The notes under the pieces: model-generated
Database searches by the model: none
The model's input: the letters and a program-made list of their open reading frames with translations, nothing else
Told to the model about the DNA's origin: nothing
Part shown: in pieces, positions 31,714-42,610 of the stretch
Layout of the letters: the number at the start of each line of letters is the position of its first letter
How positions within the stretch are numbered: the stretch's first letter is position 1
Position numbers and translations under genes: made by a program
NCBI GenBank assembly: GCA_965261085.1
Contig: OZ253442.1
Coordinates: 3,840,001 to 3,904,000 of the forward strand
Reading direction: 5' to 3'
Source of the DNA: a bacterium
GTDB taxonomy: Bacteria; UBA8248
Length of the DNA: 64,000 nt

Positions 31714-31765
31714 CCTGAAAATATCGATAAATTCACGGGGTTATTCGATAAATAAATGAAAGTTT
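31714..31765 (+). repeat. 52-bp AT-rich element, copy 1
   Basis: CCTGAAAATATCGATAAATTCACGGGGTTATTCGATAAATAAATGAAAGTTT; 48/52 identical to the reverse complement of 54372-54423. Confidence 0.9.
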
Positions 31766-31806
31766 ATTGAGGGGCAACTAACTGATATATAACGTGTTTT
31801 GCTTGT

Positions 31807-32763
31807 TCACTCGCCGAAAATCGCCTCGATGAAAGCATCCGCATCGAAATCAAGCAGGTCTTCCACCGATTCACCCACGCCGACATACCTTATCGGTATG
31901 CCGCTCTCATAAGTGGCGCCCAGCACCACGCCGCCCTTGGCCGTACCATCAAGTTTGGTCAGCACAAGCCCCGTTACACCCAGGGCCGGGCCGAATTCAC
32001 GGACTTGGGAGAGTACGTTTTGCCCAGATGTCGCATCCAATACGAGCAACACCTCATGGGGCGCCGTATCGATGAGGCGTTGCGTCACGCGTCTGAGCTT
32101 CTTCAATTCTTCCATGAGATTGTGTTTCGTGTGCAAGCGTCCCGCTGTATCCACAAGCAATATATCGACGCCACGCGCCTTCGCCGCCTGAACGGCGTCA
32201 TACACCACAGCAGATGAATCCGCTCCCTCTTTGTGGCGGATAATTTCGCATCCGCTCCGCTCCGCCCATACCGTCAACTGTTCACCGGCCGCGGCCCGAA
32301 ACGTATCCCCCGCCGCTAGCATGACCTTCCATTTTTCCGCCGAGTAACGCGACGCGAGTTTTCCGGCTGTTGTCGTCTTGCCCACGCCGTTGACGCCCAC
32401 CAAGAAAATGATTCTGGGCTCGCCTCGAGGAGGATCCTGCGGTGTAAACGCAGGTGGGGATACAGGGTTTTCAAGACAAGAGTGCATGATTTCTTTAACG
32501 CGCGTCTGCGCATCCGCCCCCCTGCCTTCTCCCGCATTCAATTTCCCCAGTAGTGACTCGACAAGAGGGGGACCCAGATCCGCCATGTAGAGAACTTCTT
32601 CTAACTCCTCAAGCGTATCCTCATCAATGCTCCCCGCGATTAAACCCTTCACTTGGCCGAGAAAACCCCCTCTCGTCCTCGAGAGACCTTCGCGCAATCT
32701 GCCGAACCAGCCTTTTTCGCCACTACCCCTCTCCAAACTTCTTTTCTTCCCGGAATCAGACAT
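31807..32763 (-). CDS. ftsY: Signal recognition particle receptor FtsY
   Basis: [34 protein letters not shown] motifs. Start placed at ATG 32763 behind GGAGG. Confidence 0.95.
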   Translation of the reverse strand: MSDSGKKRSLERGSGEKGWFGRLREGLSRTRGGFLGQVKGLIAGSIDEDTLEELEEVLYMADLGPPLVESLLGKLNAGEGRGADAQTRVKEIMHSCLENPVSPPAFTPQDPPRGEPRIIFLVGVNGVGKTTTAGKLASRYSAEKWKVMLAAGDTFRAAAGEQLTVWAERSGCEIIRHKEGADSSAVVYDAVQAAKARGVDILLVDTAGRLHTKHNLMEELKKLRRVTQRLIDTAPHEVLLVLDATSGQNVLSQVREFGPALGVTGLVLTKLDGTAKGGVVLGATYESGIPIRYVGVGESVEDLLDFDADAFIEAIFGE

Positions 32764-32861
32764 CAAAGATATTTCCTCCGGCCCACGCCAAACAAACCAA
32801 CCCCGGCGCCAGTGCACCGGGGTCATCTTCAACAAAACCTTTCATTAAAATACGGACGATA

Positions 32862-35800
32862 CTACACCCGCGATCCCAACACTGTATCCTCCACACCATT
32901 TACTCTCGCATCTTCACGGTTCAGCTTTACGGAAACAATTTCCGAAACACCTTTTTCTCTTTGCGTCACGCCATAGAGTTGATTCGCGTACGACATGGTC
33001 TTTTTGTTATGGGTGATGATGATGAACTGACTCCGATCCTCGAGTTCGGCGATCACTTCCCGAAAACGCCCGACATTGACGTCGTCTAGGGTAGCGTCCA
33101 CCTCATCGAGAATGCAAAACGGACTCGGCCGAACGCTGAACACCGCGAACAGCAAAGAAAGGGCGGTGAGCGCTTTCTCCCCAGCTGAGAGAAGCATAAT
33201 GTTCGAAGGACGCTTGCCCGGGGGTTTCACCTCGATGTCGACACCCGTCTCCAGAGGGTCATTCGGATCGAGTAAAAACATGCGTGCCTCACCTCCCTGA
33301 AAAAGACGGCCAAAGATATCCTCGAAGGCATTACCCACCTCCTCGAACGCCGCCAAGAAGCGGGATTTCGTCGTCTTGTTCAGTCTCTCGATCGTAGTGT
33401 GGAGATCGGTGATGGAATTTTCGAGATCTTGTTGCTGTTCTTGTAAAAACACATATTCCTGGTTGATCTCATCGTATTCTTGCGCGGCCAGAGGATTCAC
33501 CTCCCCCATGCGAGAAATCCTTTGGTTCAGCATCTCCAGCCGATTCACAATCTCCTGATACTGGGGCAGTTCTTCCCGCCGACTCTCAGCAGTCTCCTTG
33601 AGATTGACCTGATATTCCGCCTCGGCAGATTCCAACATGGATTCTCGTTGTACGCGAAGCGTCGTCCGTAGTTCCGCCGCCTCGCTTACCTCAACGTTTA
33701 GGTGCGAAGCCTTCCCCTTCATCTCTCGAATCGAATCACCCAGTTCCTCATAACGCGATTGCATTTCCCGTAAAACGCGATCACGTTCCGCCTGCTCGGC
33801 CGCTACTTTGGCTTTTTCATCCTGGAAGGCGGATATCTCCTCTTCGCTTTGAGCGAGGCTTTCTTCTAGGCGCTTTCTCTTTTCTCTCGATTCGTGCTGT
33901 TCTTCTTCTCTACGAATTTTGCGCGCCGTGTTCTGAGATATCCCATCCTCTATCCGATGGACTTCGGCCTGACCGCCTGCCACCTTTCCGTTGATTTCCG
34001 TCAAGGCGACTTTTTTATCCGTCACACGCGCCTCGACCTCTGAATACCGCAGACTGGCGCCGCTCACCTTTTTCTGGATATCCTGGATACGCAAAGTGAA
34101 TTCCCGAATCGTTTCTTCCAAACAGAGGCTCTCATCTTTGGCGGTTCGGAGAGCCTCCACGAGACGCATCTGCTCCTCGCGCGTCAGCTCTTGCGTAGCC
34201 TCGAGTGCGACCAGCCGTTTCCTCAACTCTTCGTGCCTGCCTTCCACTGCCTGGAGGGCCCCCTCCGCCTCCACGCGCACCACCTCAGCCCGTTGATACG
34301 CCTCGGTCGCATGAAGGCTTCTTTGCTCCGCTTTTGTGAGTTGCTCGCTCAATTTCTGTGAAATCGGCTCTAATTCAAAAAGTTGCACCTCAAAATGTTC
34401 AACCTTCAGGCGCATCTCCTCACATCTTCTTGAACGCTCCAAAAAACCCTCGTTTTTGGTCAAACCACCTTCAACCACGCCATTCGCGTGAATAATTTCA
34501 CCATTCAAAGTCACGCAAACGACGCCTTGGGGTCCATCGCACCATGCCGCCTGCGCAGCATCGATATCCTCCACCACAACAATATTGCCAAGCAGCGACT
34601 GAACGAGATGGCGATAATCCATGTCACAACGGACAAAATCCGCGGCTACGCCCAGAACACTCTCTCCCAACGGGACGACGGCACATGGCTGAGCACCGAC
34701 TTCGGCTGGTAGAGCTACACCCCGCCCGGCTTCCGAACTCATCAGCGCACGAATCGCATCTACCGCATCGCCAGGGGTTTTCACGACGACGCCCATCAAC
34801 TTATCCCCAAGGGCCGTTTCGATGGCTTTTTCAAACTTCGGGTCGACTCGAATGACTTCGGAGAAAGACATCAGAACTTCAGCGCCACAAGACCTGAACG
34901 CATCCGTATCTGCGATTCCGCTCTCCTCAGAGCCTAAAACACCCTCTAAGACCGAGAGGGCGGATTTCGCTTCCATCAACGATTCTTTCGTCCCAGCCAC
35001 GGATTCTTCATGGCGGGCCGACAACTCGGACGCCCGCGCACACTCAGACCTTGCCTGTTCAAGTTCTTGTTTTGCTTGACTTTCAGATGCAACCAGCGAT
35101 TCTAACCGGCTTCTAGTATCACTAAGGTCGGTTTTGGCCGATTCGAGTTGGCACTTGATCTCCTCGTTCTCTTCGCCAATCTTTTCCGTGGACTCAGCCA
35201 GCCCCTCACGCCTCGATTCGATGGAGGCGATTCGCTGACGTGCCGCACTCAAACGCTCCCTTTCCTCCTCTTGAGCGCGTCTGGCCTCATGAAGAGCCCG
35301 CTCGAATTCCCTTGTATTCTCCCGAACGGCCGCCAATTCCGCCACGCTGACGTCATACTCCTGGCACGCAAGGCCCGATTGTTCCGTAAGCACTGCAAGG
35401 GTTGAGGCAAGTCCGATTCTTTCATTCTCAAAAGTCGTGATTTCAACGTCGAGAGTCTGGATCTCCTCCGCGCGACGCTCATCTTCCGTATCAAGTTCCG
35501 CGAGGCGGCTGCTTAGCATCTCGACTCGATTCTCTAGGCGCTGGAGGCAGCCCTCCACCTCCACCGCACGTCGGCGGGATTCCGCCAATACCTCTGAGCG
35601 CTCGGTGAGCAAAATACGCCCACTTTCCCTTTCGGCTTCAAGAGAAGACAATTTCGCCGACACCGCTTGTTCTTCTTCTTTGATGCGGACATACACTTTT
35701 TCCGCCGGAACAAGCTCATCCACAAGTTTGAGGTAGTCGAGTGCCATGATTCTTTGGGAAAGATCGGAAACTTCGGTTTGATATTCTTTATGAAAAGTCG

Positions 35801-36446
35801 CTTTCCTCGCTTGGCGGCGCAAAGAGCGAAGGCGGGTTTCTTTCTCACGCATGATGTCGGCCACACGAAGCAGATTCGCCTGCGCAAGCTCCAGTTTGCG
35901 CAGCGCTTCGTTTCGCCTGCTCTTGTATTTCATGATGCCGGCGGCTTCTTCAATCAGAACTCGCCTGTCCATAGGCCTCGCATTCACGAGAGTTTCTATT
36001 TTGCCCTGCTCCACGATGGAGAAAGTATCGAGAGAAACGCCGGTGTCGAGAAACAAATCGACGATGTCTTTGAGGCGGCAGGGATTGCGATTGATGAGAT
36101 ATTCACTTTCCCCGGAGCGATACAAGCGGCGGGTGACCACAACCTCGTCAAAATCCTTGAATGCAGGAGAGGTCACTACCCCTTTGAGATCGGTGAGAGT
36201 AAGCGAGACCTCGGACATCCCGAGTTGTTTGCGCTCGGCGCTGCCGTTGAAGATGACATCCTCCATCTTCTTTGATCGCATGTTTTTGGGAGCCTGTTCA
36301 CCCAGAACCCATCGAACGGCATCGCATACATTGCTTTTGCCGCATCCGTTGGGTCCGACCACAGCCGTAAGACCCTCGCCAATTTCAATCACGGTCTTTT
36401 CAACGAAGGACTTGAACCCCTGCATCTCCAAGCGTTGGAATCGCAA
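32862..36446 (-). CDS. smc: Chromosome segregation protein SMC
   Basis: GFKSF, GPNGCGKSN, coiled coils with hinge, LSAGEK and LDEVDATLD motifs. Start placed at TTG 36446 behind GAGGTG. Confidence 0.96.
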   Translation of the reverse strand: MRFQRLEMQGFKSFVEKTVIEIGEGLTAVVGPNGCGKSNVCDAVRWVLGEQAPKNMRSKKMEDVIFNGSAERKQLGMSEVSLTLTDLKGVVTSPAFKDFDEVVVTRRLYRSGESEYLINRNPCRLKDIVDLFLDTGVSLDTFSIVEQGKIETLVNARPMDRRVLIEEAAGIMKYKSRRNEALRKLELAQANLLRVADIMREKETRLRSLRRQARKATFHKEYQTEVSDLSQRIMALDYLKLVDELVPAEKVYVRIKEEEQAVSAKLSSLEAERESGRILLTERSEVLAESRRRAVEVEGCLQRLENRVEMLSSRLAELDTEDERRAEEIQTLDVEITTFENERIGLASTLAVLTEQSGLACQEYDVSVAELAAVRENTREFERALHEARRAQEEERERLSAARQRIASIESRREGLAESTEKIGEENEEIKCQLESAKTDLSDTRSRLESLVASESQAKQELEQARSECARASELSARHEESVAGTKESLMEAKSALSVLEGVLGSEESGIADTDAFRSCGAEVLMSFSEVIRVDPKFEKAIETALGDKLMGVVVKTPGDAVDAIRALMSSEAGRGVALPAEVGAQPCAVVPLGESVLGVAADFVRCDMDYRHLVQSLLGNIVVVEDIDAAQAAWCDGPQGVVCVTLNGEIIHANGVVEGGLTKNEGFLERSRRCEEMRLKVEHFEVQLFELEPISQKLSEQLTKAEQRSLHATEAYQRAEVVRVEAEGALQAVEGRHEELRKRLVALEATQELTREEQMRLVEALRTAKDESLCLEETIREFTLRIQDIQKKVSGASLRYSEVEARVTDKKVALTEINGKVAGGQAEVHRIEDGISQNTARKIRREEEQHESREKRKRLEESLAQSEEEISAFQDEKAKVAAEQAERDRVLREMQSRYEELGDSIREMKGKASHLNVEVSEAAELRTTLRVQRESMLESAEAEYQVNLKETAESRREELPQYQEIVNRLEMLNQRISRMGEVNPLAAQEYDEINQEYVFLQEQQQDLENSITDLHTTIERLNKTTKSRFLAAFEEVGNAFEDIFGRLFQGGEARMFLLDPNDPLETGVDIEVKPPGKRPSNIMLLSAGEKALTALSLLFAVFSVRPSPFCILDEVDATLDDVNVGRFREVIAELEDRSQFIIITHNKKTMSYANQLYGVTQREKGVSEIVSVKLNREDARVNGVEDTVLGSRV

Positions 36447-36586
36447 ATTCAACACCTCGGCGGACGAATGAACTTCATTATCAGGGGGCGGTTTGGAACT
36501 ATACAAGGGCGGTAGGAATCAATAACTTATCAGAATTACCCAACATCCGTAAAGCAAAAATAACACATTCTTGGAACTTGGTATCG

Positions 36587-37444
36587 CTAGGCTTCCTCAA
36601 TCTTATGAACTGCTTCTTTCGCAGCGACCTGCTCGGCCGCCTTTTTGGTCGTGCCTTGGCCACGTCCCATTACCTTACGACCGAGGCGAACTTCGACCTC
36701 GAATTCTTTTTCGTGCTCGGGACCACTCTCTCGAACCAGACGATAACCAGGCGGCTTATTTCCATTTTTTTGAGCCAACCGCTGAAGCTGGCTTTTGAAA
36801 TCTTGAGATAGGACATCTTCTTCATTCAAGCCCGCAGCCCAGAACCATGATTCCGCCCATTGCGCGCAACGGGTGTAACCGGCATCGAGATAAATGGCGC
36901 CAACCAACGCCTCGACTGCTCCCGCCTGGATGGAGGGCTTCTGTCGACCTCCCGTTTTCTCCTCCCCTTTGCCCAAACGAAGGAAATCTCCCAACCCACG
37001 GCGCCTAAAAATACCCGCCAAAGAGCGGCCATTTACCCGTTCTGAGCGCATATGGGTCAAAACACCTTCATCATCCGCCGGAAAATCTTTCCAGAGTTTT
37101 TCCGTCACGATGAGCTGCAAAACAGCATCACCTAAAAATTCCAGTCGTTCATTATCTGAAATGGGAGTTGAACTTTCTTGAGAAAAAGAGCGGTGCGTCA
37201 GGGCCCGAACGAGGAGTTCTTTATTCGAAAACGAATAACCGACTTGGGTTTCGATTTCACCCAGGGTAACACCCCTTGCACCAAAACCGGAGAATTTCCC
37301 GTTTCTGTTGTTGGCCGAACCGTTTTTTTTAAGCTGCGTTGCTTTCCGCTCTCTTGAATAAGAGCGACGCGTTGGTTCCCCCGAACCCAAATGAGTTTGT
37401 GATGGCACAGCCGATGTCCGCTTTCCGGGCAGAGTTAGGCACAT
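36587..37444 (-). CDS. rnc: Ribonuclease III
   Basis: ALTHRS, NERLEFLGDAVL, EALVGAIYLD and a dsRBD (DFKSQLQ...KKAAEQ). The true start is downstream of the ORF-track start, probably near 37264. Confidence 0.95.
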   Translation of the reverse strand: MCLTLPGKRTSAVPSQTHLGSGEPTRRSYSRERKATQLKKNGSANNRNGKFSGFGARGVTLGEIETQVGYSFSNKELLVRALTHRSFSQESSTPISDNERLEFLGDAVLQLIVTEKLWKDFPADDEGVLTHMRSERVNGRSLAGIFRRRGLGDFLRLGKGEEKTGGRQKPSIQAGAVEALVGAIYLDAGYTRCAQWAESWFWAAGLNEEDVLSQDFKSQLQRLAQKNGNKPPGYRLVRESGPEHEKEFEVEVRLGRKVMGRGQGTTKKAAEQVAAKEAVHKIEEA

Positions 37445-38606
37445 AGTCGAGATCGCATTCCGGATCCGGAGTGTCCAAATTGATCGTGGGAGGAATACAC
37501 TGATTTTTAAGCGCCAAGATAGTGAAAACCGATTCCACGCCTCCCGCCGCGCCCAGAAGATGCCCGGTCATAGATTTTGTGGAACTGACACTAAGTTTGT
37601 AGGCATGTTCGCCAAATGTTTTTTTGATGGCTGTCGTTTCGAGTCTATCTCCCGCGCCGGTGGATGTGCCATGTGCGTTAATGTATTCCACATCCTCAGG
37701 CTCGAGTCCTGCATCATTCAGCGCCATGTCCATACAGCGGGCCGCTCCGTTACCACCCGGGTCAGGGGAGGTGATGTGATGAGCGTCGGAAGTGAGCCCA
37801 TAGCCGCTGAGTTCAGCGTAAATGTCCGCGCCCCGCGCTACGGCATGTTCATAACGCTCCAGGATCACGACACCAGCTCCCTCCGCCATCACGAATCCAT
37901 CCCTATCCACATCAAAAGGACGGCTCGCCCTCTCAGGGTCATCGTTACGGGTGCTGAGCGCTCGCATCGCGCAAAATCCCGCCATGGCCAATTCCGTGAT
38001 GCAGGATTCACCGCCACCGGCCACCATGACATCAACCAAGCCGCGCTGAATACACTTCATCGAGTCTCCGATGGCGTGATTGCCGGAGGCGCACGCAGTG
38101 GTTGTGCAAATGTTAGGCCCTTTCAATCCCCAACGCATCGAAACCTGGCCTGCGGCCAAGTTCCCCAACAACATGGGGATGAAAAAAGGGCTGATGCGCG
38201 TCGGGTCCCTTTTTTCCAATAAAATCTTATTCGCTTCAATGGCTGGCAAACCGCCCAAACCCACACCGATAATGGTGCCGTATCGTGGCGCTACTTCCTC
38301 ATCCGGGACACCAAGACCCGCATCATCGAAAGCCATTTGAGAGGCCGCGATAACGTATTGGATAAAAGTGTCCATTTTCTTGAGTTCTTTGCGGGAAATA
38401 TAATTCTCAGGTTCAAAACCTTTTACTTCGCCGCAGATCCGCGACGCCAAGCGATCCGAGCAAAATCGGGATACTTTACCAATGCCCGAGCGACCCTGCA
38501 TCAAGGCTTCCCAGTTTTCCTCTATAGACAAGCCCAGCGGTGTAAGCAGCCCCAATCCCGTGACGACAACCCGCACATCCGACTTCAATAAACCTTGGCT
38601 ATTCAT
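37329..38606 (-). CDS. fabF: Beta-ketoacyl-ACP synthase II
   Basis: VVVTGLG, TACASG, NAHGTST, KSMTGHLLG and NSFGFGGTN motifs. Confidence 0.97.
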   Translation of the reverse strand: MNSQGLLKSDVRVVVTGLGLLTPLGLSIEENWEALMQGRSGIGKVSRFCSDRLASRICGEVKGFEPENYISRKELKKMDTFIQYVIAASQMAFDDAGLGVPDEEVAPRYGTIIGVGLGGLPAIEANKILLEKRDPTRISPFFIPMLLGNLAAGQVSMRWGLKGPNICTTTACASGNHAIGDSMKCIQRGLVDVMVAGGGESCITELAMAGFCAMRALSTRNDDPERASRPFDVDRDGFVMAEGAGVVILERYEHAVARGADIYAELSGYGLTSDAHHITSPDPGGNGAARCMDMALNDAGLEPEDVEYINAHGTSTGAGDRLETTAIKKTFGEHAYKLSVSSTKSMTGHLLGAAGGVESVFTILALKNQCIPPTINLDTPDPECDLDYVPNSARKADIGCAITNSFGFGGTNASLLFKRAESNAA

Positions 38607-38641
38607 GCTTCCTCTTCGATTTGCAGACCAACGAGGTTTCT

Positions 38642-38884
38642 CTAATCTCCAGGCACCTTGGAGATATAGTCGTACGCATCTTGAACCTTGGAAATTTTCT
38701 CCGCTTCTTCATCAGGTATTTCGATACCGAATTTCTCCTCAAACGCCATGACGAGTTCTACGGTATCCAGTGAATCTGCTCCCAGGTCATCGGTGAATGA
38801 AGCTTCTGGCACCACCTTTTCAGGCTCCACACTCAATTGTTCAACAATGATTTCTCTTATTTGTGCTTTGATATCATCTGTCAC
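38642..38884 (-). CDS. acpP: Acyl carrier protein
   Basis: [20 protein letters not shown] motif. Confidence 0.98.
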   Translation of the reverse strand: MTDDIKAQIREIIVEQLSVEPEKVVPEASFTDDLGADSLDTVELVMAFEEKFGIEIPDEEAEKISKVQDAYDYISKVPGD

Positions 38885-39054
38885 GCCGATTCCTCCGAAA
38901 ATCTTCCTCTGAAACCGGTATTGGGACGTCTCTTCAACAAGAACATAGACCCAATACTCTTTTACACATCTGTGGGGCGGCCGTCCAGAATTCTATGACC
39001 TGTTTCCACTCCCTTTAATGCAAGCTTCAGTAACATCATACACAGGCATGAAAT

Positions 39055-39993
39055 TCAGTTTAACTCGCCCAAGGCCAAAACTGCTTTCTCCAGACTCTGC
39101 GTATCTTCCACATTATGCACCGGTATACCTTCCAATATCCGTTTATTCAATCCTGAGAGCACCTTCCCCGGGCCCAACTCGACCATAACATCGGGTTTTT
39201 CCTCACCTGCCGCACGGACTGCATCTTCCCACCGCACGGCGGAGCGAATCTGCCGTTTGAGCAACTCCCTTACCTGTTTTCCATCCTGAACGGGTTGAGC
39301 CGTCACATTCGCATAGACGGGGATCGAAGGATCGGCGATATCCGCTTCGTCGAGAACTTGACTCATACGCTCCGCAGCTTCGCTCAGCAAAGAACAATGG
39401 AAGGGTGCTCCAACCGGAAGCATGACCGCCTTCCTGGCTCCTTTGTCTGTCGCCAAACGCGCGGCGGACTCCACCGCGTCCTTCTCTCCTGACAAGACAT
39501 ATTGGCCGGGGGCATTATAATTTGCAACCTCCACCACGCCTTTGATGTCCTTGCAAATGGCTTCGGCAACCTCTCTATTAATGCCGAGCAGGGCCGCCAT
39601 GGCGCCACCTCGCTCGGGGACGGCCTCGTGCATGAAGCGGCCTCTTTGCTTCACCAATTCAACGCCGGTCTGGAAATCGATGGCCCCAGCCGCCATAAGG
39701 GCGGAGTATTCCCCCAAGCTGTGCCCCAAGGCGAGAGCAGCACTGAAACCGCACTCACGCAGTAGAGTGCATGCGATATGACTATGAACCAGAATCGCAG
39801 GCTGGGTGTGGCAAGTGAGCGTCAATTCCGACTTGGGGCCTTCAAAGCTGAGCCTGGCGAGGTCCCATCCTAAAATATCACTCGCCTGCTCATAGGCTTC
39901 TCGAGCGAATGGATACTCATCATAGAATTGCTTGCCCATGCCGACATACTGCGAACCTTGTCCTGGAAACAAAAACGCAATTTTCACAGCCAT
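39055..39993 (-). CDS. fabD: Malonyl-CoA:ACP transacylase
   Basis: FPGQGSQ, TQPAI, GHSLGEY and PFHC motifs. Confidence 0.97.
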   Translation of the reverse strand: MAVKIAFLFPGQGSQYVGMGKQFYDEYPFAREAYEQASDILGWDLARLSFEGPKSELTLTCHTQPAILVHSHIACTLLRECGFSAALALGHSLGEYSALMAAGAIDFQTGVELVKQRGRFMHEAVPERGGAMAALLGINREVAEAICKDIKGVVEVANYNAPGQYVLSGEKDAVESAARLATDKGARKAVMLPVGAPFHCSLLSEAAERMSQVLDEADIADPSIPVYANVTAQPVQDGKQVRELLKRQIRSAVRWEDAVRAAGEEKPDVMVELGPGKVLSGLNKRILEGIPVHNVEDTQSLEKAVLALGELN

Positions 39994-40098
39994 CTAGCAA
40001 CCCTTACCTATGGCATGAACGGCGAAGCTATAAACTATTATGCTCGCAGATAAAACGGGGCGGGGGGTGAAGCGGAATCTTTCCGGGCGTTCATATCA

Positions 40099-41088
40099 TC
40101 ACTTCCACTCGACCAAAGCCGCACCCCAAGTGAGGCCTCCGCCGAATGCAGCCATGAGGACATTATCTCCGCTTCGAATTTTCCCCTCTCTCACCGATTC
40201 ATCCAACGCAACCGGGATGGTGGCCGCGGACATATTGCCATATTTGTTAATCGTGATAACCACTTTATCCATTGACAATTTAAGCCGTTTCGCCACGGCT
40301 TCGATAATACGCAGATTCGCCTGATGCGGGATGAACAAATCCACATCATCCAAAGTGAGACCGCTTCGCTCCAGCGTTTCATTGCATACTTCCAGGAAAT
40401 AGCGCACAGCCGTCTTGAACGTCTCTTGTCCCCTCATTTGCAGCAAATGCTCTTTGTTATGCACATCGTCCGGCGTCATCGGGGCGAATCGCGAACCGCC
40501 TCCGGGGACCACAATGAGTTCCCCGGCTTTCCCGTCGCTATACACCTTGGAATCCATGATGCCTCTTGTCCCGTTTTCCGACGCCCCTAAAACAACGGCG
40601 CCCGCTCCATCGCCCCACAAAACGCAAGTGCCTCTATCTTCCCAATTCGTCACCCGCGTCATGACATCGGCGGAAACCAGGAGCACTTTTTTCATTATGC
40701 CCGCGCGAATGTACGCATCCGCCGCCTGAAGGCCATAGACGAAGCCCGTGCACGCCGCATTCAAATCAAACGCCGCTGCCCTGTGCGCGCCGATATGAGC
40801 CTGGAGCCAACAAGCGGCCGCCGGGCACATCGTATCCGGCGTAAGAGTGGTTACGATGATGAGATCGATGTCCTCGGCACGCACCTCCGCCGCCTCCAGC
40901 GCCTGATTGGCGGCATGAATCGAAAGGTGGGAAGTCGCTTCATCGGCCTTCGCCACACGCCGCTCGCTGATTCCCGTTCGAGCGCGAATCCACTGATCGC
41001 TGGTGTCGACCATCTTTTCCAGATCGGCATTCGTGAGAACTCTTTCAGGGACATAAGAACCTGTCCCCAAAATGACGGAGCGGGTCAA
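40099..41088 (-). CDS. fabH: Beta-ketoacyl-ACP synthase III
   Basis: DTSDQWIxxRTGI, AACTGF, GDGAGA, PHQANLRI, YGNMSAA and FGGGLTWG motifs. Confidence 0.97.
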   Translation of the reverse strand: MTRSVILGTGSYVPERVLTNADLEKMVDTSDQWIRARTGISERRVAKADEATSHLSIHAANQALEAAEVRAEDIDLIIVTTLTPDTMCPAAACWLQAHIGAHRAAAFDLNAACTGFVYGLQAADAYIRAGIMKKVLLVSADVMTRVTNWEDRGTCVLWGDGAGAVVLGASENGTRGIMDSKVYSDGKAGELIVVPGGGSRFAPMTPDDVHNKEHLLQMRGQETFKTAVRYFLEVCNETLERSGLTLDDVDLFIPHQANLRIIEAVAKRLKLSMDKVVITINKYGNMSAATIPVALDESVREGKIRSGDNVLMAAFGGGLTWGAALVEWK

Positions 41089-41164
41089 TATATGATTCCC
41101 TATTCGGGCGAGATAACTACCAAGGTGTGAGCGTAGTCGAAAATCGGCTCAGATATCAAGAGGG

Positions 41165-42268
41165 CTAATTTTCTTCATCGACGCTCTTTTTTTCGTCCCC
41201 CGTTACCTTCTCATAGAAAATGCCCGTTCGTATTTGATTCCACAAACGCCAGCCCACATCCCCACTTCGCTGTATGGAGGTATGCTTGTCAATCTCTTTT
41301 TGTATTTTGGCATTGAGATCGACTTTGACAATGCTCGCCGTCGTGCGGATGGCATTTTTCACGGCCTTCGAGTTGCTGCGACCATGTCCAATTGTACAAA
41401 TTCCTCCTAAACCCAGCAATGGCGCTGCTCCATATTCGGAATAATCGGTTCTTTGGCGCATGGATTTCAGACCATTTTGCAAAAACATATATCCAATCTT
41501 GCTGCGCATCGAACCGACGATCTGCTCTCGGAGCAGCGTCGTCAGCATCTCGCTGAGACTCTCACTCACCTTCAAAGCCACGTTGCCCACGAACCCATCG
41601 CACACGATCACGTCCGTGCCGCCCTGAAAAATTGTGCTCCCCTCGACATTGCCCACAAAATTCAAATCGCTTTTCACAAAAATCTCATGGACCGCCTTGA
41701 GGACATCGGTTCCTTTGGAATCTTCTCCGCCCACGTTCAACAGGCCCACTGTGGGCGCGGGTTTCTTGAAAACTTCCTCGGTATACACGGAACCCATGAT
41801 CCCGAACTGGAACAAGTGCTGCGCCCGTGGGGACAAATTCGCGCCCACGTCCAGCATAACGGAAAATCCTTTGAGGGTGGGGATCAAAGCGGCAATGGCA
41901 GGCCGCTGAACTCCTGGCATACGCTGCAAAACAGTCAAACCCGTGGCGAAGGCGCCTCCGGTGTCCCCCGCGCTGAACACCGCCTGCGCTTCTCCGTCCT
42001 TGACCAATTGAAGAGCGATGCGCATGGATGAATCCGGCTTGGTCTTCACCGATTTTGTGGGTGATTCACCCATATCGATGACTTGACTCGCCGCGCGAAT
42101 TTCAAAGGTATCATTAGAAACTCCAAGACGCTCGAGTTCCGTCTCGATTCGCTCCGGCACACCCACCAAGATGGATTCGATACCCTCTTCCCGGTGAGCA
42201 TCCAACGCTCCTTCTATTATGGCCGAAGGCGCTTTGTCTCCCCCCATGGCATCTATCGCAATTTTCAT
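41165..42268 (-). CDS. plsX: Phosphate acyltransferase PlsX
   Basis: IAIDAMGGD, RPAIA, LDVGAN, FVGNVEG, CDGFVGNVALK and HGRS motifs. Confidence 0.97.
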   Translation of the reverse strand: MKIAIDAMGGDKAPSAIIEGALDAHREEGIESILVGVPERIETELERLGVSNDTFEIRAASQVIDMGESPTKSVKTKPDSSMRIALQLVKDGEAQAVFSAGDTGGAFATGLTVLQRMPGVQRPAIAALIPTLKGFSVMLDVGANLSPRAQHLFQFGIMGSVYTEEVFKKPAPTVGLLNVGGEDSKGTDVLKAVHEIFVKSDLNFVGNVEGSTIFQGGTDVIVCDGFVGNVALKVSESLSEMLTTLLREQIVGSMRSKIGYMFLQNGLKSMRQRTDYSEYGAAPLLGLGGICTIGHGRSNSKAVKNAIRTTASIVKVDLNAKIQKEIDKHTSIQRSGDVGWRLWNQIRTGIFYEKVTGDEKKSVDEEN

Positions 42269-42288
42269 CTTCTCTTCCAGAGGTAATA

Positions 42289-42468
42289 TTATACCTTTAC
42301 TTCTAGAACTTTTTGGCCCTTGTAATACCCGCAGATATTACACACCCGGTGAGGCAACACCGGATGATTGCAATTCGAGCAAACCGCGACCGATGGTTTT
42401 GCTACTTTATAGTGTGTTCTTCTTTTGCGGCCTCGCGTCTGCGAGTGCCGACGTTTGGGAAGTCCCAC
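42289..42468 (-). CDS. rpmF: 50S ribosomal protein L32 (Zn-ribbon form)
   Basis: Not in the ORF track (59 aa). GTG 42468 after AAGGAG gives MGLPKRRHSQTRGRKRRTHY...CSNC...PHRVCNICGYYKG; canonical yceD-rpmF-plsX position. Confidence 0.95.
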   Translation of the reverse strand: MGLPKRRHSQTRGRKRRTHYKVAKPSVAVCSNCNHPVLPHRVCNICGYYKGQKVLEVKV

Positions 42469-42610
42469 AGCACTGCACTCCTTTCACAATAATGCGTCAA
42501 ACACGACCATTTCCCTCGCATGCCTCTCGGCTTCATGCCCGGAAATGAATCGCCATATGATACCACAGATTGCAAATTTCAGATTCATCCCACACGAACT
42601 ACCACAAACA

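Noticed and set aside
31714-31765. Chromosomal dif site
   Set aside because: No match to the XerD arm TTATGTTAAAT, the spacer length differs, and two inverted copies are present.
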